Positions 9,574 to 19,075 of a DNA stretch of 64,000 nucleotides are shown here, piece after piece. The DNA is taken from NCBI GenBank assembly GCA_965205335.1, contig OZ242164.1, positions 320,001 through 384,000 on the forward strand, written 5' to 3'. The position numbers and the translations under genes were made by a program. The DNA is from Candidatus Woesearchaeota archaeon (GTDB lineage Archaea > Nanobdellota > Nanobdellia > Woesearchaeales > UBA583). Within the stretch, counting starts at the first letter, position 1; the number at the start of each line of letters is the position of its first letter. The notes beneath the pieces are model-generated. The model had not been told where the DNA came from. It worked only from the letters and a program-made list of their open reading frames with translations, and made no database searches.

Positions 9574-10353
9574 ATGGGATATGAAATAATTGGATTAAAA
9601 ATAGAAACATTAACTGATATTGGAGTTTTCATAACTATTTCTATTGCAATCATTTATCTATTAGGAAGATTAAATACAGCAGGAGTTTATATGAAAGAAG
9701 ATAAAGTGAGAATTTATTTAAGAGGTGTACTTATTTTATTTTATCTTTTTCTTTTGCCTCTTTATACAATATATCTTTTTTTTAACGATAAATTAAGTGA
9801 AATACTAGATATTAAATTACTTTTAATTATAGGTCTGCAAGTTATAATATTCAATTGCTTTCGTCTTTTTTACCATAAACCCTATTCATTAAGAAGACAT
9901 GATGTTAATCTTGAAGAATATCTTGAGAAGTCATTGGATAGCATTAAGAAAGTAAATATTGAATTTTACAAAAGGCTACTAAAAACTATTGAAAAAATGA
10001 GAAATTCCAATAGTTTAACTTTCTTTTATAATGTTTTTCCACACATATTTTTATATAGTAACTTAAGCATTTTTTATTATGTAGTATTCGTTAATGATAT
10101 TTTGTTTTTTAAACTTATTTCAACAGGATTATTATTTATCTTTTACTTACATTATCTTACATATAGAAGTTTTAAATATGATAATTCATATCCTCAGGTT
10201 AAGATTAAAATAGATAATGAAAAAAAGATGATAATAGGTAATCTATTAAGAATTGAGGGGAATTTATTATATATTTCAGACAATAAGAATAATAAATACT
10301 ACGAAATTAACACTGATAAAATAATTTATAAGGAGTTTAAGAAAGATGGATAA
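9574..10353 (+). CDS. Multi-pass membrane protein with a small C-terminal beta domain
   Basis: About 5 hydrophobic segments. The C-terminal IIGNLLRIEGNLLYI is Sm-like. Confidence 0.65.
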   Translation: MGYEIIGLKIETLTDIGVFITISIAIIYLLGRLNTAGVYMKEDKVRIYLRGVLILFYLFLLPLYTIYLFFNDKLSEILDIKLLLIIGLQVIIFNCFRLFYHKPYSLRRHDVNLEEYLEKSLDSIKKVNIEFYKRLLKTIEKMRNSNSLTFFYNVFPHIFLYSNLSIFYYVVFVNDILFFKLISTGLLFIFYLHYLTYRSFKYDNSYPQVKIKIDNEKKMIIGNLLRIEGNLLYISDNKNNKYYEINTDKIIYKEFKKDG

Positions 10354-10368
10354 AAAAAGGAACAAAAA

Positions 10369-11568
10369 ATGAAGAAAGAACAACACTCTGAATTAATTGA
10401 ATTGATAACAGAATTATTTAAGATGTTTGAAAAATTACCAACTTCAATGGAACGTACTGATATAATTTATCTTGAACAAGGTGAATATATAACTTGGATA
10501 AATTATCAAATTAATACTTTAGATGATAGTTTTAATTTACTTCACAATAATTCATATAAATCTTCTTTTACGTTAATTAGAAGTGCCTATGAAAGTTACT
10601 GGGTTATACTATTAGCGATGCTCGGTGATAGATATTATATCAAATATATACCAAAAGAAGGAAGTAATATTCAGAAAATTCATCAGCAATACGTAAGAGA
10701 TTTTGAAGAAAATAAAAAAGAAAGAGAAGAACAGGGAATAATCAAGATTCACAACATAAAAAACAATAGTTTTAAAATTGAATACTTCGGCAGAAAAAAT
10801 CAAGAAGGAGAAATAATCCCTCACTATTATTTTTTATTTAATGAATACAATCCAGAAATTGCTTATTTGGGTTTTGAAGAAGGCTATTATGAAAGTGATA
10901 AATTATCTGAGATTCAAGATGAAATGGAGAATAGACATAAGGACTTAAATTATTATTTTAGATTTGAGAAAGGAATAAAAGAAAATTTAATATTAAATAA
11001 TTTAGTTACTGAAAAAGATTTTGAAAAAATGTTGGTTCATTATAGTTTTTTAAGTACTTGGACACACTTTTCAAAACAGTCAATAGATATAATTGAAGGA
11101 AATACATACAGAATTGAAGACTATAAACAAATTAATACTAAGTATAATTTTTATTTAACAAGGCTAAGTTTATTATACATAGGAAATCTATTATCAATGT
11201 ATTTGAAGTTGTGGATTAAATTTGGTAAAAAGCAAATTTCAGAAAAGAAATTAAAAGATTTAAAATTCGTTGAAGAATTTGAAGATTTAATTAATAAATT
11301 TGAAGAAAAAATAGATTATTTCTGGTTTATATTTAACAAACCTTCTGCTTATTTCAAATGGGAATATTGTTGTAAACAACTGTGCAAAAATATAAAATCT
11401 GCTGATAAATTAAAATTAATAGATTATAACTTAATTGAGGATAGATTAATACCATATTATAAAAATCCATTAAAATCACTGAAAGAAATGAGTCACAATA
11501 GGCATAATAGAGTTGTAGGTTATTATAGAAGTCCTTTAATTGATGATATTAATAGAGAGGGGACATAA
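10369..11568 (+). CDS. Hypothetical helical protein, possibly HEPN/DUF5677-related
   Basis: SSFTLIRSAYE and YSFLSTWTH resemble the R-s-x-x-E and Y-x-x-L-S-x-x-x-H motifs of this group. Confidence 0.5.
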   Translation: MKKEQHSELIELITELFKMFEKLPTSMERTDIIYLEQGEYITWINYQINTLDDSFNLLHNNSYKSSFTLIRSAYESYWVILLAMLGDRYYIKYIPKEGSNIQKIHQQYVRDFEENKKEREEQGIIKIHNIKNNSFKIEYFGRKNQEGEIIPHYYFLFNEYNPEIAYLGFEEGYYESDKLSEIQDEMENRHKDLNYYFRFEKGIKENLILNNLVTEKDFEKMLVHYSFLSTWTHFSKQSIDIIEGNTYRIEDYKQINTKYNFYLTRLSLLYIGNLLSMYLKLWIKFGKKQISEKKLKDLKFVEEFEDLINKFEEKIDYFWFIFNKPSAYFKWEYCCKQLCKNIKSADKLKLIDYNLIEDRLIPYYKNPLKSLKEMSHNRHNRVVGYYRSPLIDDINREGT

Positions 11569-11569
11569 G

Positions 11570-12892
11570 ATGAAAACAGATAATAAATATAAGGACAGTG
11601 GAATTGAATGGATTGGTGAAATTCCAAATCATTGGGAAGTTAAGAAGTTAAAACAATTTAGTTATTTCTATAATGGGAATGGATTTCCAGAGATTGAACA
11701 AGGAAAAACAAGTGGAGATTATCCCTTTCTTAAGGTTAGTGATATTAACAATCCAGATGAGATATATATTAGTAAAGGAAATAACTATGTTTCAAAAGAA
11801 TTAGTTTTAGAAAGAAAGTGGATAATCATTAAACCTAATTCAATACTATTTCCAAAAATAGGAGAAGCATTATTAAAAAATCATAGAAAAATCAATAGAA
11901 GAGAAGTTCTGATAGATAATAATATGATGAGTATGAATTTAAGAAAAAGTAAAATTGTTATGAGTTATTTTTTTCATATGTTTAAATATTTTGATATGAA
12001 AATTTTTATCAATATTTCATCAGTTCCATCATTAAATACACAATTATTTTATAATTATAAAATTCCTCTCCCTCCACTACCAGAACAAAAAGCAATCGCA
12101 AAATATCTTGACAATAAAACCCAACAAATTGATAAGTTAATTGAGAATACTCAAAGTCAAATTGAAGAATTAAAGGAGTATGAAAAATCCTTGATTAACA
12201 AATGCGTGACAAAAGGATTAAATGAAAATGTTAAATTAAAAGACAGCGGAATTGAATGGGTTGGAGAAATTCCAAAGCATTGGGAAATTAAGAGAATAAA
12301 AAATAATACTTATATTAAAGCAAGAATTGGTTGGCAGGGTTTAACATCAAAAGAATACTTAGAAGAAGGAGAATATTATTTAGTTACTGGAACTGATTTT
12401 AATGGTAATACTATTAAATGGGAAACTTGTCATTATGTTGAAAAAGAAAGATATGAACAAGACAAATATATTCAATTAAAACTAAGAGATATTTTAATTA
12501 CAAAAGATGGAACTATTGGAAAAGTTGCAATGATACACAAATTACCTAAAAAAGCAACATTAAATAGCGGTGTGTTTGTAATTAGACCTAAAAATGAAGC
12601 ATATATCCCAAGATTTATGTTTTGGATATTAAAATCTTTTATATTTACTTCATTTATTGATTTGATTAAAACTGGTTCTACTATTGCTCACTTATATCAA
12701 AGAGATTTTAATGAATTACATTACACACTCCCACCACTACCAGAACAAAAAGCAATCGCCCAATTTCTTGACAGTAAAACAGAAAATATTCAAAATCTAA
12801 TCAAAAACAAAGAAAAACAGATTGAATTGTATCAGGAATTAAGAAAAACTCTTGTAAATAATGCTGTAACAGGAAAGATTAAAATAATCTGA
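11570..12892 (+). CDS. hsdS: Type I R-M specificity subunit S (two TRDs)
   Basis: Duplicated conserved regions KDSGIEW(I/V)GEIP and PPLPEQKAIA; ends AVTGKIKII. Confidence 0.95.
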   Translation: MKTDNKYKDSGIEWIGEIPNHWEVKKLKQFSYFYNGNGFPEIEQGKTSGDYPFLKVSDINNPDEIYISKGNNYVSKELVLERKWIIIKPNSILFPKIGEALLKNHRKINRREVLIDNNMMSMNLRKSKIVMSYFFHMFKYFDMKIFINISSVPSLNTQLFYNYKIPLPPLPEQKAIAKYLDNKTQQIDKLIENTQSQIEELKEYEKSLINKCVTKGLNENVKLKDSGIEWVGEIPKHWEIKRIKNNTYIKARIGWQGLTSKEYLEEGEYYLVTGTDFNGNTIKWETCHYVEKERYEQDKYIQLKLRDILITKDGTIGKVAMIHKLPKKATLNSGVFVIRPKNEAYIPRFMFWILKSFIFTSFIDLIKTGSTIAHLYQRDFNELHYTLPPLPEQKAIAQFLDSKTENIQNLIKNKEKQIELYQELRKTLVNNAVTGKIKII

Positions 12893-13029
12893 CACCATCT
12901 TTATAACAACCACTTCTAAAAAAGAAGTAATTACTACAAAAAAAGAAGTAGTTTTATAGATAAAATATAACAGTAATAAAGCAGATTATACATACAAACA
13001 TATCTTATTATTAAAAATGCATAGATTAA

Positions 13030-13045
13030 GGTTCTGGTGTAAAAT
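13030..13045. mobile_element. Solo IS6-like end (GGTTCTGGTG)
   Basis: Lies 14 bp from minus-strand TTTAATAA (13008-13015). Confidence 0.45.
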
Positions 13046-13072
13046 AGTAGGATGTTTACTTTAGAATATAAA

Positions 13073-13465
13073 TCAGTTTTTAAAATATTTTTTAAGCCGT
13101 ACCTTATTAAAGTCTTCTGATTTGTTTTTTAAATAACATTCAATCAGATAAATTATTTTATTCTCTTCATCAATTCCGTAAATTACTCTCACAGAATTTC
13201 CATTTATATTTTTGGTGCGTTTTATTCCTCTCAACTTAAAAAATCTTATTTTATCCGTTATCCCCTGCTTATTTAAATTAGGTATTTGAGGGTTATCCCA
13301 TAAACGATGTCCTTGCTCTGCTTCTAAAATAGTTTTAATAGGTTTTAATGCATCATTAAGATTAGATTTTTTATTTTTATCTATCTTCTTTACATCTTTT
13401 TTAAATTCATTAAGTTCTTTTAATTTGAAGAATTCCTGATTCTGTTTATCATTATCAAATGCAAT
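13073..13465 (-). CDS. RelE/HigB-like toxin not in the ORF track; no ATG/GTG/TTG start is visible
   Basis: Hand translation: ...FFKLKELNEFKKDVKKID...RFFKLRGIKRTKNINGNSVRVIYGIDEENKIIYLIECYLKNKSEDFNKVRLKKYFKN*. Lies directly downstream of the Panacea gene. Confidence 0.65.
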   Translation of the reverse strand: MAFDNDKQNQEFFKLKELNEFKKDVKKIDKNKKSNLNDALKPIKTILEAEQGHRLWDNPQIPNLNKQGITDKIRFFKLRGIKRTKNINGNSVRVIYGIDEENKIIYLIECYLKNKSEDFNKVRLKKYFKN

Positions 13466-13466
13466 T

Positions 13467-13997
13467 TTATAATCCCTCTGACTGTTCTAACTGTTTTAGA
13501 TTTTCCTCATTAACAGAAAGAAAATTATCTCTGTATAAAACCAAATCATAATTAATTACTTTTCCATATTTTGTTGTTCTCCAAGTTATGTCTTCATGCA
13601 ACATATTGCAAAGCTCCCCCCCACTGAAATTTCCAAATTTCTCTAAGATAAAGTCTATAAATTTTATTTCATCTTCATTAAAAACCTCATCAGGACGTAT
13701 GGTCTTTGAAATAAAGAATTTCTCAGAATTGTTTTCCATGCCAACATCTTCCTCTTCCTTTGTTATAGTTTTTTCATCTAATAATTCTTTAATTTCCTCT
13801 TTAAAGTGTATTGGGACAGGACCTCCCTCTATTGCTTTATACTTTTCTCCCGTTAAATATTTCTCATACTTTTCATAATAACCAAAATCACAAAGATATA
13901 ATAATTTCAAAAGTTGGACTTTGCCATGATTTCTATTTGTAATTTTTGAAATTATATAACAAATTAATTCCCTAAACCTTTTTTTATTATAAGTCAT
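13467..13997 (-). CDS. Panacea (DUF4065/SocA-like) antitoxin
   Basis: QLLKLLYLCDF, YKAIEGGPVP and ELCNMLHEDITW motifs. Confidence 0.85.
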   Translation of the reverse strand: MTYNKKRFRELICYIISKITNRNHGKVQLLKLLYLCDFGYYEKYEKYLTGEKYKAIEGGPVPIHFKEEIKELLDEKTITKEEEDVGMENNSEKFFISKTIRPDEVFNEDEIKFIDFILEKFGNFSGGELCNMLHEDITWRTTKYGKVINYDLVLYRDNFLSVNEENLKQLEQSEGL

Positions 13998-14167
13998 ATC
14001 TTTTCACCTTAATGAATTACTAACTTCATCCTGATTTTCTTCTATTTTACCTCATCCACGTACTTTCAGTTTATATTATTATTCATAAACTACCAAGTTA
14101 TAACCGTGCATTGGTTAATTCTATATATAACTAAGATATAAATGATTATAAATTTAACGCTTCTTTG

Positions 14168-14182
14168 AGCACTGTCCATATA
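14168..14182. mobile_element. Degenerate solo IS6-like end (AGCACTGTCC)
   Basis: Lies 15 bp from a minus-strand TATA box ending at 14152. Confidence 0.4.
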
Positions 14183-14195
14183 ATCCTATAAGACA

Positions 14196-14273
14196 ACTGG
14201 AAACGATGTTTTTAACCATTTTGCTGACGTTAGCAAAAAGGTTGATTTAAGTTTTAGTTCAAAAAGAGAAGTA
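14196..14273 (+). pseudogene. DinD-like gene fragment
   Basis: Reads TGNDVFNHFADVSKKVDLSFSSKREV, matching the DinD HF..V.KMV.lg.gs.Re motif. Confidence 0.55.
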
Positions 14274-14368
14274 ATTTTATAAATGACAAATAAAATTATT
14301 TAATACAAAGTGTTAAAAATATAAGACACCCATATCTAACAAAGAATAGTGCTAAAAACTGATTGAAG

Positions 14369-17248
14369 ATGAATAAACACACAAACCAGATGCTGAGCGA
14401 GGAAAAGTTTGAAACCCATTTTTGCAAAAAACTAGAAGAACACAACTACAAGCAAAGAACTAACGAAAATACTGAAAAAGACCTTCACATAGATTATGAA
14501 ACGCTTGAACTATTTCTAAACAGAACGCAAGAAGATACATTCAACGACTTCAAAGAAACATACAAAAACTGGCAACCCAAATTTGAACAGGCAATTAAAA
14601 AAGCATTAAAAAACAAAGAACTAATTCAAGTCATTCAGTCAGGAATCACAATTGAAGCTACATACACTTTCAATTTAGTATATACAAAGAACACAACAAC
14701 TTTCAACAAAGACCAAGACAGATTAGTTAAAGAAAACATCTTCTCATACATCAGACAATACAAATTTGATGCAAACTCCGAAAAATCAATTGACATAGTT
14801 TTGTTCCTTAACGGATTTCCCATAACAACAATTGAATTAAAATACAAACAGAAAGCACAGGATGTATTTGATGCAGTTGAACAGTACTTCAAAAGAGATT
14901 TGAATATGAAAATATTCACCCTTCCCTTCCTGCACATTGCATCAGACAACGACAGAGTAAGAATTGCAACCAAATTCTATGAAAAAACAACAGAGGACTT
15001 TAAGTCCTTTAACACAGACACAATTAATCCCATCGTGAAAGGAGATGAATACAGAACACAATATCTGTATAATGATGTTCTAACCCCTGCATCGCTTCTT
15101 AATTTAATTAGAAACTTCGTATTCGTTGATAAAAGTGAAAAACTAATCTTTCCGAGATACCATCAAAGAAGAGTTGTCAATAAATTAATCAATGACATAT
15201 CAAAAACTTACAGGCAGACAAAAAATCTCAACATGAAATTCTTGATTGAACACTCAATGGGTTCAGGCAAGTCAAAAACAATCACATGGACTGCTGAACA
15301 ATTAAAAAACCTGCATATTGACAATGTTAAGGTATTCAATTCAATATTCATAATAACTGACAGAAAAGAATTACACACCCAAATTTCAGATGATTTTAAA
15401 CTAATGACAGGTGACGATGATAAAACTATTTATTATGCTAGAAACTCAAAAGAATTAAGCAAAGCAATCAAAAATGAAGAAAAAGTAATTGTTGTAATCC
15501 TTCATAACTTCTCTTATTTAAACAAAAAAGAATTGCAAATCAGAAAAGATTTTAAAATTTGTTATCTAATTGACGAACAGCACCGCAGTCATCAGGGAAA
15601 ATTACACAGTTCCATGACTGATTTCTTTGAAAAAATTGGTGATAATGATATGAAATTAAACTTCCCTAATTCCGCTTTCATTGGATTTACTGCAACTCCA
15701 ACAGATAAAACTCTGGAAAGATTCGGAACTAAAAACAATAAAGGCGTTTATGAAGCATATGACACGTACTCAATGGAACAGGCAATACAGGAAGGATATA
15801 TCTTAGATGTAACTCAAAACATCATTCCATTCAGAACCCTGTACAAACTAAGAAAAGACTGTGAGAATAAACTATTTGAAAAAGAATTCAATGCACTTCA
15901 AGTATATAAAGCAACCAAAAGGAAAGCATTTGAAGACCCGGACATCATCAGAAGCAAGGTAAAAATCATCCTGCATTATTTCAAAGATAAAGTTGAAAAA
16001 GAAATACAGGGAAAGGCAAAAGCAATGATTGTAACATCATCACGAAAATCAGCAATAGGTTACAAACACATCATTGATGAAGAAATTCAAAATTTAAACT
16101 ATGATTATAAAACTCTTGTTGCTTTTTCCGGAAAAGAGAGCCACAAAGAACTTGGAATTATTGACAAAACTGAAAACTCATTAAACAACTTTAAAGATGA
16201 CATCGCAGAAGAATTCAAAAAGAAGGAATACAGATTTTTAATTGTTGCAGACAAATACCAGACAGGTTTTGATGAACCCTATCTTTATGCAATGTTCTTG
16301 GACAAACCTCTAAAGGAAATAAATGCAGTCCAAACACTTGGGAGATTAAACAGGATTTGTCCAATGAAACCAAAACATCCAATTACTGTTGATTTTTCAA
16401 ATTCATATGAAGAAATTCAAACTGCATTTAGCAAGTTTATGAAAGCAAGAGATAGCAATATTGTAACAGATTACGAAGAATTAGTTGCGCTATACCAAAA
16501 TATTATGGGAAAAGGAATTCTTTCAACCGATGATTTCAATGAATACAGTATCATTTGTGATTTAGACAGAGACATTTTACAAACTAAATTTGAATTATTT
16601 ATGAATAGAATCAAGGACAAATACTATTCAAAAGATAAAATCACTAAAAATGAATTCAGGAAAAATCTTGGGAAATTCTCCCGTTCATTTAATTATATGA
16701 ACACAATCATAAAAATTGAAGATAGAAACATTGCATTACTTGGACTTCTTGCCAAACAATTATATCTTGCTCTTGCAGAAAATGATGGTTCAGGGCAAGA
16801 GATTAAATCTGCTCTTGAAAACTTGAAGATTGAAAAACACAAAATCATTGCCGTTGATAAAACGGAATATGAAGAAGTGAAAAGAGGAAAGCTAAATAAA
16901 GTTAAGGAAAGGGAAATTTCAAAATTAACTATTAATGAGATACTGGAACTTATTCAGGAAAACTTTGATATATACACATATAGTAAAGAGAGCAGGAGTT
17001 TTTTTGAAGAATATTTAAAATCAATGGTTGATAATGAAGAGTTAAGAAAAAAAATACTAAATACACCTGTTAGTGAAGAGTTCCAGGCAAAACAAAATAT
17101 AATGATTGATTTAGATAAAAAACTAAGAGAACGTATATTTTTTAAATTAAAGGGGGGAAATGAACTATTAGAAAGGTATAAGAGTAGTGATTTATTGGAC
17201 AAAATAAATGAACAGGCATATTTTCTAATAAAACAGGATTTGATGTGA
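14369..17248 (+). CDS. hsdR: Type I R-M restriction subunit R
   Basis: IDIVLFLNGFPITTIELK nuclease motif, HSMGSGKS Walker A, IDEQHRS, FTATP, KYQTGFDEP and QTLGRLNR. Confidence 0.95.
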   Translation: MNKHTNQMLSEEKFETHFCKKLEEHNYKQRTNENTEKDLHIDYETLELFLNRTQEDTFNDFKETYKNWQPKFEQAIKKALKNKELIQVIQSGITIEATYTFNLVYTKNTTTFNKDQDRLVKENIFSYIRQYKFDANSEKSIDIVLFLNGFPITTIELKYKQKAQDVFDAVEQYFKRDLNMKIFTLPFLHIASDNDRVRIATKFYEKTTEDFKSFNTDTINPIVKGDEYRTQYLYNDVLTPASLLNLIRNFVFVDKSEKLIFPRYHQRRVVNKLINDISKTYRQTKNLNMKFLIEHSMGSGKSKTITWTAEQLKNLHIDNVKVFNSIFIITDRKELHTQISDDFKLMTGDDDKTIYYARNSKELSKAIKNEEKVIVVILHNFSYLNKKELQIRKDFKICYLIDEQHRSHQGKLHSSMTDFFEKIGDNDMKLNFPNSAFIGFTATPTDKTLERFGTKNNKGVYEAYDTYSMEQAIQEGYILDVTQNIIPFRTLYKLRKDCENKLFEKEFNALQVYKATKRKAFEDPDIIRSKVKIILHYFKDKVEKEIQGKAKAMIVTSSRKSAIGYKHIIDEEIQNLNYDYKTLVAFSGKESHKELGIIDKTENSLNNFKDDIAEEFKKKEYRFLIVADKYQTGFDEPYLYAMFLDKPLKEINAVQTLGRLNRICPMKPKHPITVDFSNSYEEIQTAFSKFMKARDSNIVTDYEELVALYQNIMGKGILSTDDFNEYSIICDLDRDILQTKFELFMNRIKDKYYSKDKITKNEFRKNLGKFSRSFNYMNTIIKIEDRNIALLGLLAKQLYLALAENDGSGQEIKSALENLKIEKHKIIAVDKTEYEEVKRGKLNKVKEREISKLTINEILELIQENFDIYTYSKESRSFFEEYLKSMVDNEELRKKILNTPVSEEFQAKQNIMIDLDKKLRERIFFKLKGGNELLERYKSSDLLDKINEQAYFLIKQDLM

Positions 17249-17288
17249 AATAAAATTAAGAAAGTGTGAATTATATTTCACTGTTGTT

Positions 17289-17885
17289 CTAATCTAATAA
17301 TCCATTTAATTTAGCATAGAATCTTCGACACTCCTCTACTGAACCTGCCCAAGTAAGTGCACTAAAATCAAAACATAATTCCTTTGTCCTTTTTCCTGAA
17401 TTATATTTTACTTGAAGAACTGATTTATGGGGTCTAAAACTTTGACTATCTGTTCCTCCTCCAAGAAATCCTGTAACAAATCCCCTTCCTAAACTTGGAG
17501 TATAAGAATCATCAACAATATTTATCTCTTTAATATCTGCAAAATTAATTTCAAAATTCTCGAGATTTGCATTCTTGAAAACTAATTTATCACTCACTAT
17601 TGCCAGCCAACCGTCTGTAGGGTCAACAATAGATTTATGTCCTCCAAAAAACTTTACTGGTTTTTTAATAATTGAACCACTTATCTCTACATCTTCCGAA
17701 CTTTTTCTTTTCTTTCTAATATTACTATTTTTTTCTGAATCTTGTTTCACTTCACTTTCTGAGGATTTAATAAACCCCATAATTCCCATAATTACTAATA
17801 CAAATCCAACTCCTAACCATAAAGTTAGAATCCCAATTATAGTAAACCACCACCTATACTTGATACATATATCAATTAGTCCCAT
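17289..17885 (-). CDS. Membrane-anchored hypothetical protein with a PH-like beta domain
   Basis: N-terminal TM hairpin; GWLAIVSDKLVF...INFADIKEINI pattern. Confidence 0.6.
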   Translation of the reverse strand: MGLIDICIKYRWWFTIIGILTLWLGVGFVLVIMGIMGFIKSSESEVKQDSEKNSNIRKKRKSSEDVEISGSIIKKPVKFFGGHKSIVDPTDGWLAIVSDKLVFKNANLENFEINFADIKEINIVDDSYTPSLGRGFVTGFLGGGTDSQSFRPHKSVLQVKYNSGKRTKELCFDFSALTWAGSVEECRRFYAKLNGLLD

Positions 17886-17980
17886 TAATATTCAAATATT
17901 ATTATATTTATAAGATTATGTATGTGATATGTAATTGATTTGTAGATTTGCTTTTATTATATATTGATTACATATTAATT

Positions 17981-18247
17981 ATGAGAAATGAGATTGCTAT
18001 TATATGTGCTTGGATAATAAGTGGTAGTAGAAGATTGAAAATATTCAAAACTTTAGAAACTCCCAAGATTCCTAAGTTTATTCAACAAGAAACAAAACTA
18101 CCTTTTTCTAATGTTAGTGAGGGTTTAACAATATTAAAGAATAAAAAATTGATTGAATGCATTAATCCACAAGACAAAGTAGGAAGAATGTACCAATTAA
18201 CGAATTTAGGAAAAAAAGTAATGGAAGAAATCAAAAAAGTTAGTTAG
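17981..18247 (+). CDS. Winged-helix transcriptional regulator (ArsR/MarR-like)
   Basis: SNVSEGLTILKNKKLIECINPQDKVGRMYQLTNLG wHTH pattern. Confidence 0.8.
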   Translation: MRNEIAIICAWIISGSRRLKIFKTLETPKIPKFIQQETKLPFSNVSEGLTILKNKKLIECINPQDKVGRMYQLTNLGKKVMEEIKKVS

Positions 18248-18345
18248 TTTCAATCTTGAAAGTTTCTTTTATGCTGTTATATAAAATTATCTCTCTTTAA
18301 TCATTTTTTTGTTTCGAGATATTTTCTAATTATCTAATTTAATAC

Positions 18346-18660
18346 CTATTTTTTTATCAACTGAGGCAAACTTCTAAGGCTGTAACCAAAGATTTTTTCC
18401 CAAAAACTATTATTTTCCCTTCTATAATTTGAGAAAGAAATCTCTAATGCAATATTTAACTTACTCTCTAATATTTTCAGTTCAGGACCAAGTTTAAAGA
18501 CTTCATCTGTTATAATTGATGAGAATAATTGCCTTATAAAATCCCTCTTTATTTGAAAAATCTGTCTTCTATCAAATGATTGCTCCTTTATGATTGGTAT
18601 CTGCTCTTTCCAAAAATCATACAATTTCTCAACATCTTTATCATAATCTCTTGTCACCAT
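18346..18660 (-). CDS. Hypothetical protein
   Basis: 104-aa ORF co-oriented with the small upstream gene. Confidence 0.5.
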   Translation of the reverse strand: MVTRDYDKDVEKLYDFWKEQIPIIKEQSFDRRQIFQIKRDFIRQLFSSIITDEVFKLGPELKILESKLNIALEISFSNYRRENNSFWEKIFGYSLRSLPQLIKK

Positions 18661-18689
18661 TTTTATTAACTTATTATAATACTGCTTGT

Positions 18690-18884
18690 TTAATTATTGC
18701 TTTCCACATTGTGTATTAATCGCTTTTTAGCTTCCTCCCACGGTATACCTTTAAAATTTTTAGCAGATTTTCTTAGGCAATCCATAAATTCTAGTGTATA
18801 TTCATCTGGATCTACTGGTTTAACTTCTGCATCGCCAATATCTAAGTGCTTGTACTCTTCATACTCTCTTAGTTTTTTAACCAT
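18690..18884 (-). CDS. Small antitoxin-like protein
   Basis: The C-terminal GIPWEEAKKRL is typical of addiction-module antitoxins. TATA box at 18931-18938. Confidence 0.5.
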   Translation of the reverse strand: MVKKLREYEEYKHLDIGDAEVKPVDPDEYTLEFMDCLRKSAKNFKGIPWEEAKKRLIHNVESNN

Positions 18885-18952
18885 TTTACTCGTAAGTACT
18901 ATTATACATAAATTTATAGAAATCCATTTACTTATAAAACTTGCTTTACAGA

Positions 18953-18969
18953 GGCTCTATCCTGAAATT
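18953..18969. mobile_element. Solo MITE/IS6-like end (GGCTCTATCCTGAAATT)
   Basis: 15/17 match to the MITE TIR. Lies 14 bp from a TATA box. Confidence 0.7.
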
Positions 18970-19075
18970 AATTTTTTTAAAATAACAAGAGATAAAAACA
19001 AGGAAAAATTGGTTGAGTTATAAAATGTTCTTAGAAGAAAAGAAAAAATGGCAAGCATAACAAATGAATTGTAAA

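Noticed and set aside
14211-14243. Hairpin aaccattttgctgacgttagcaaaaaggtt as a terminator or attC-like site
   Set aside because: Better explained as the DinD coding fragment NHFADVSKKV, and it occurs only once.
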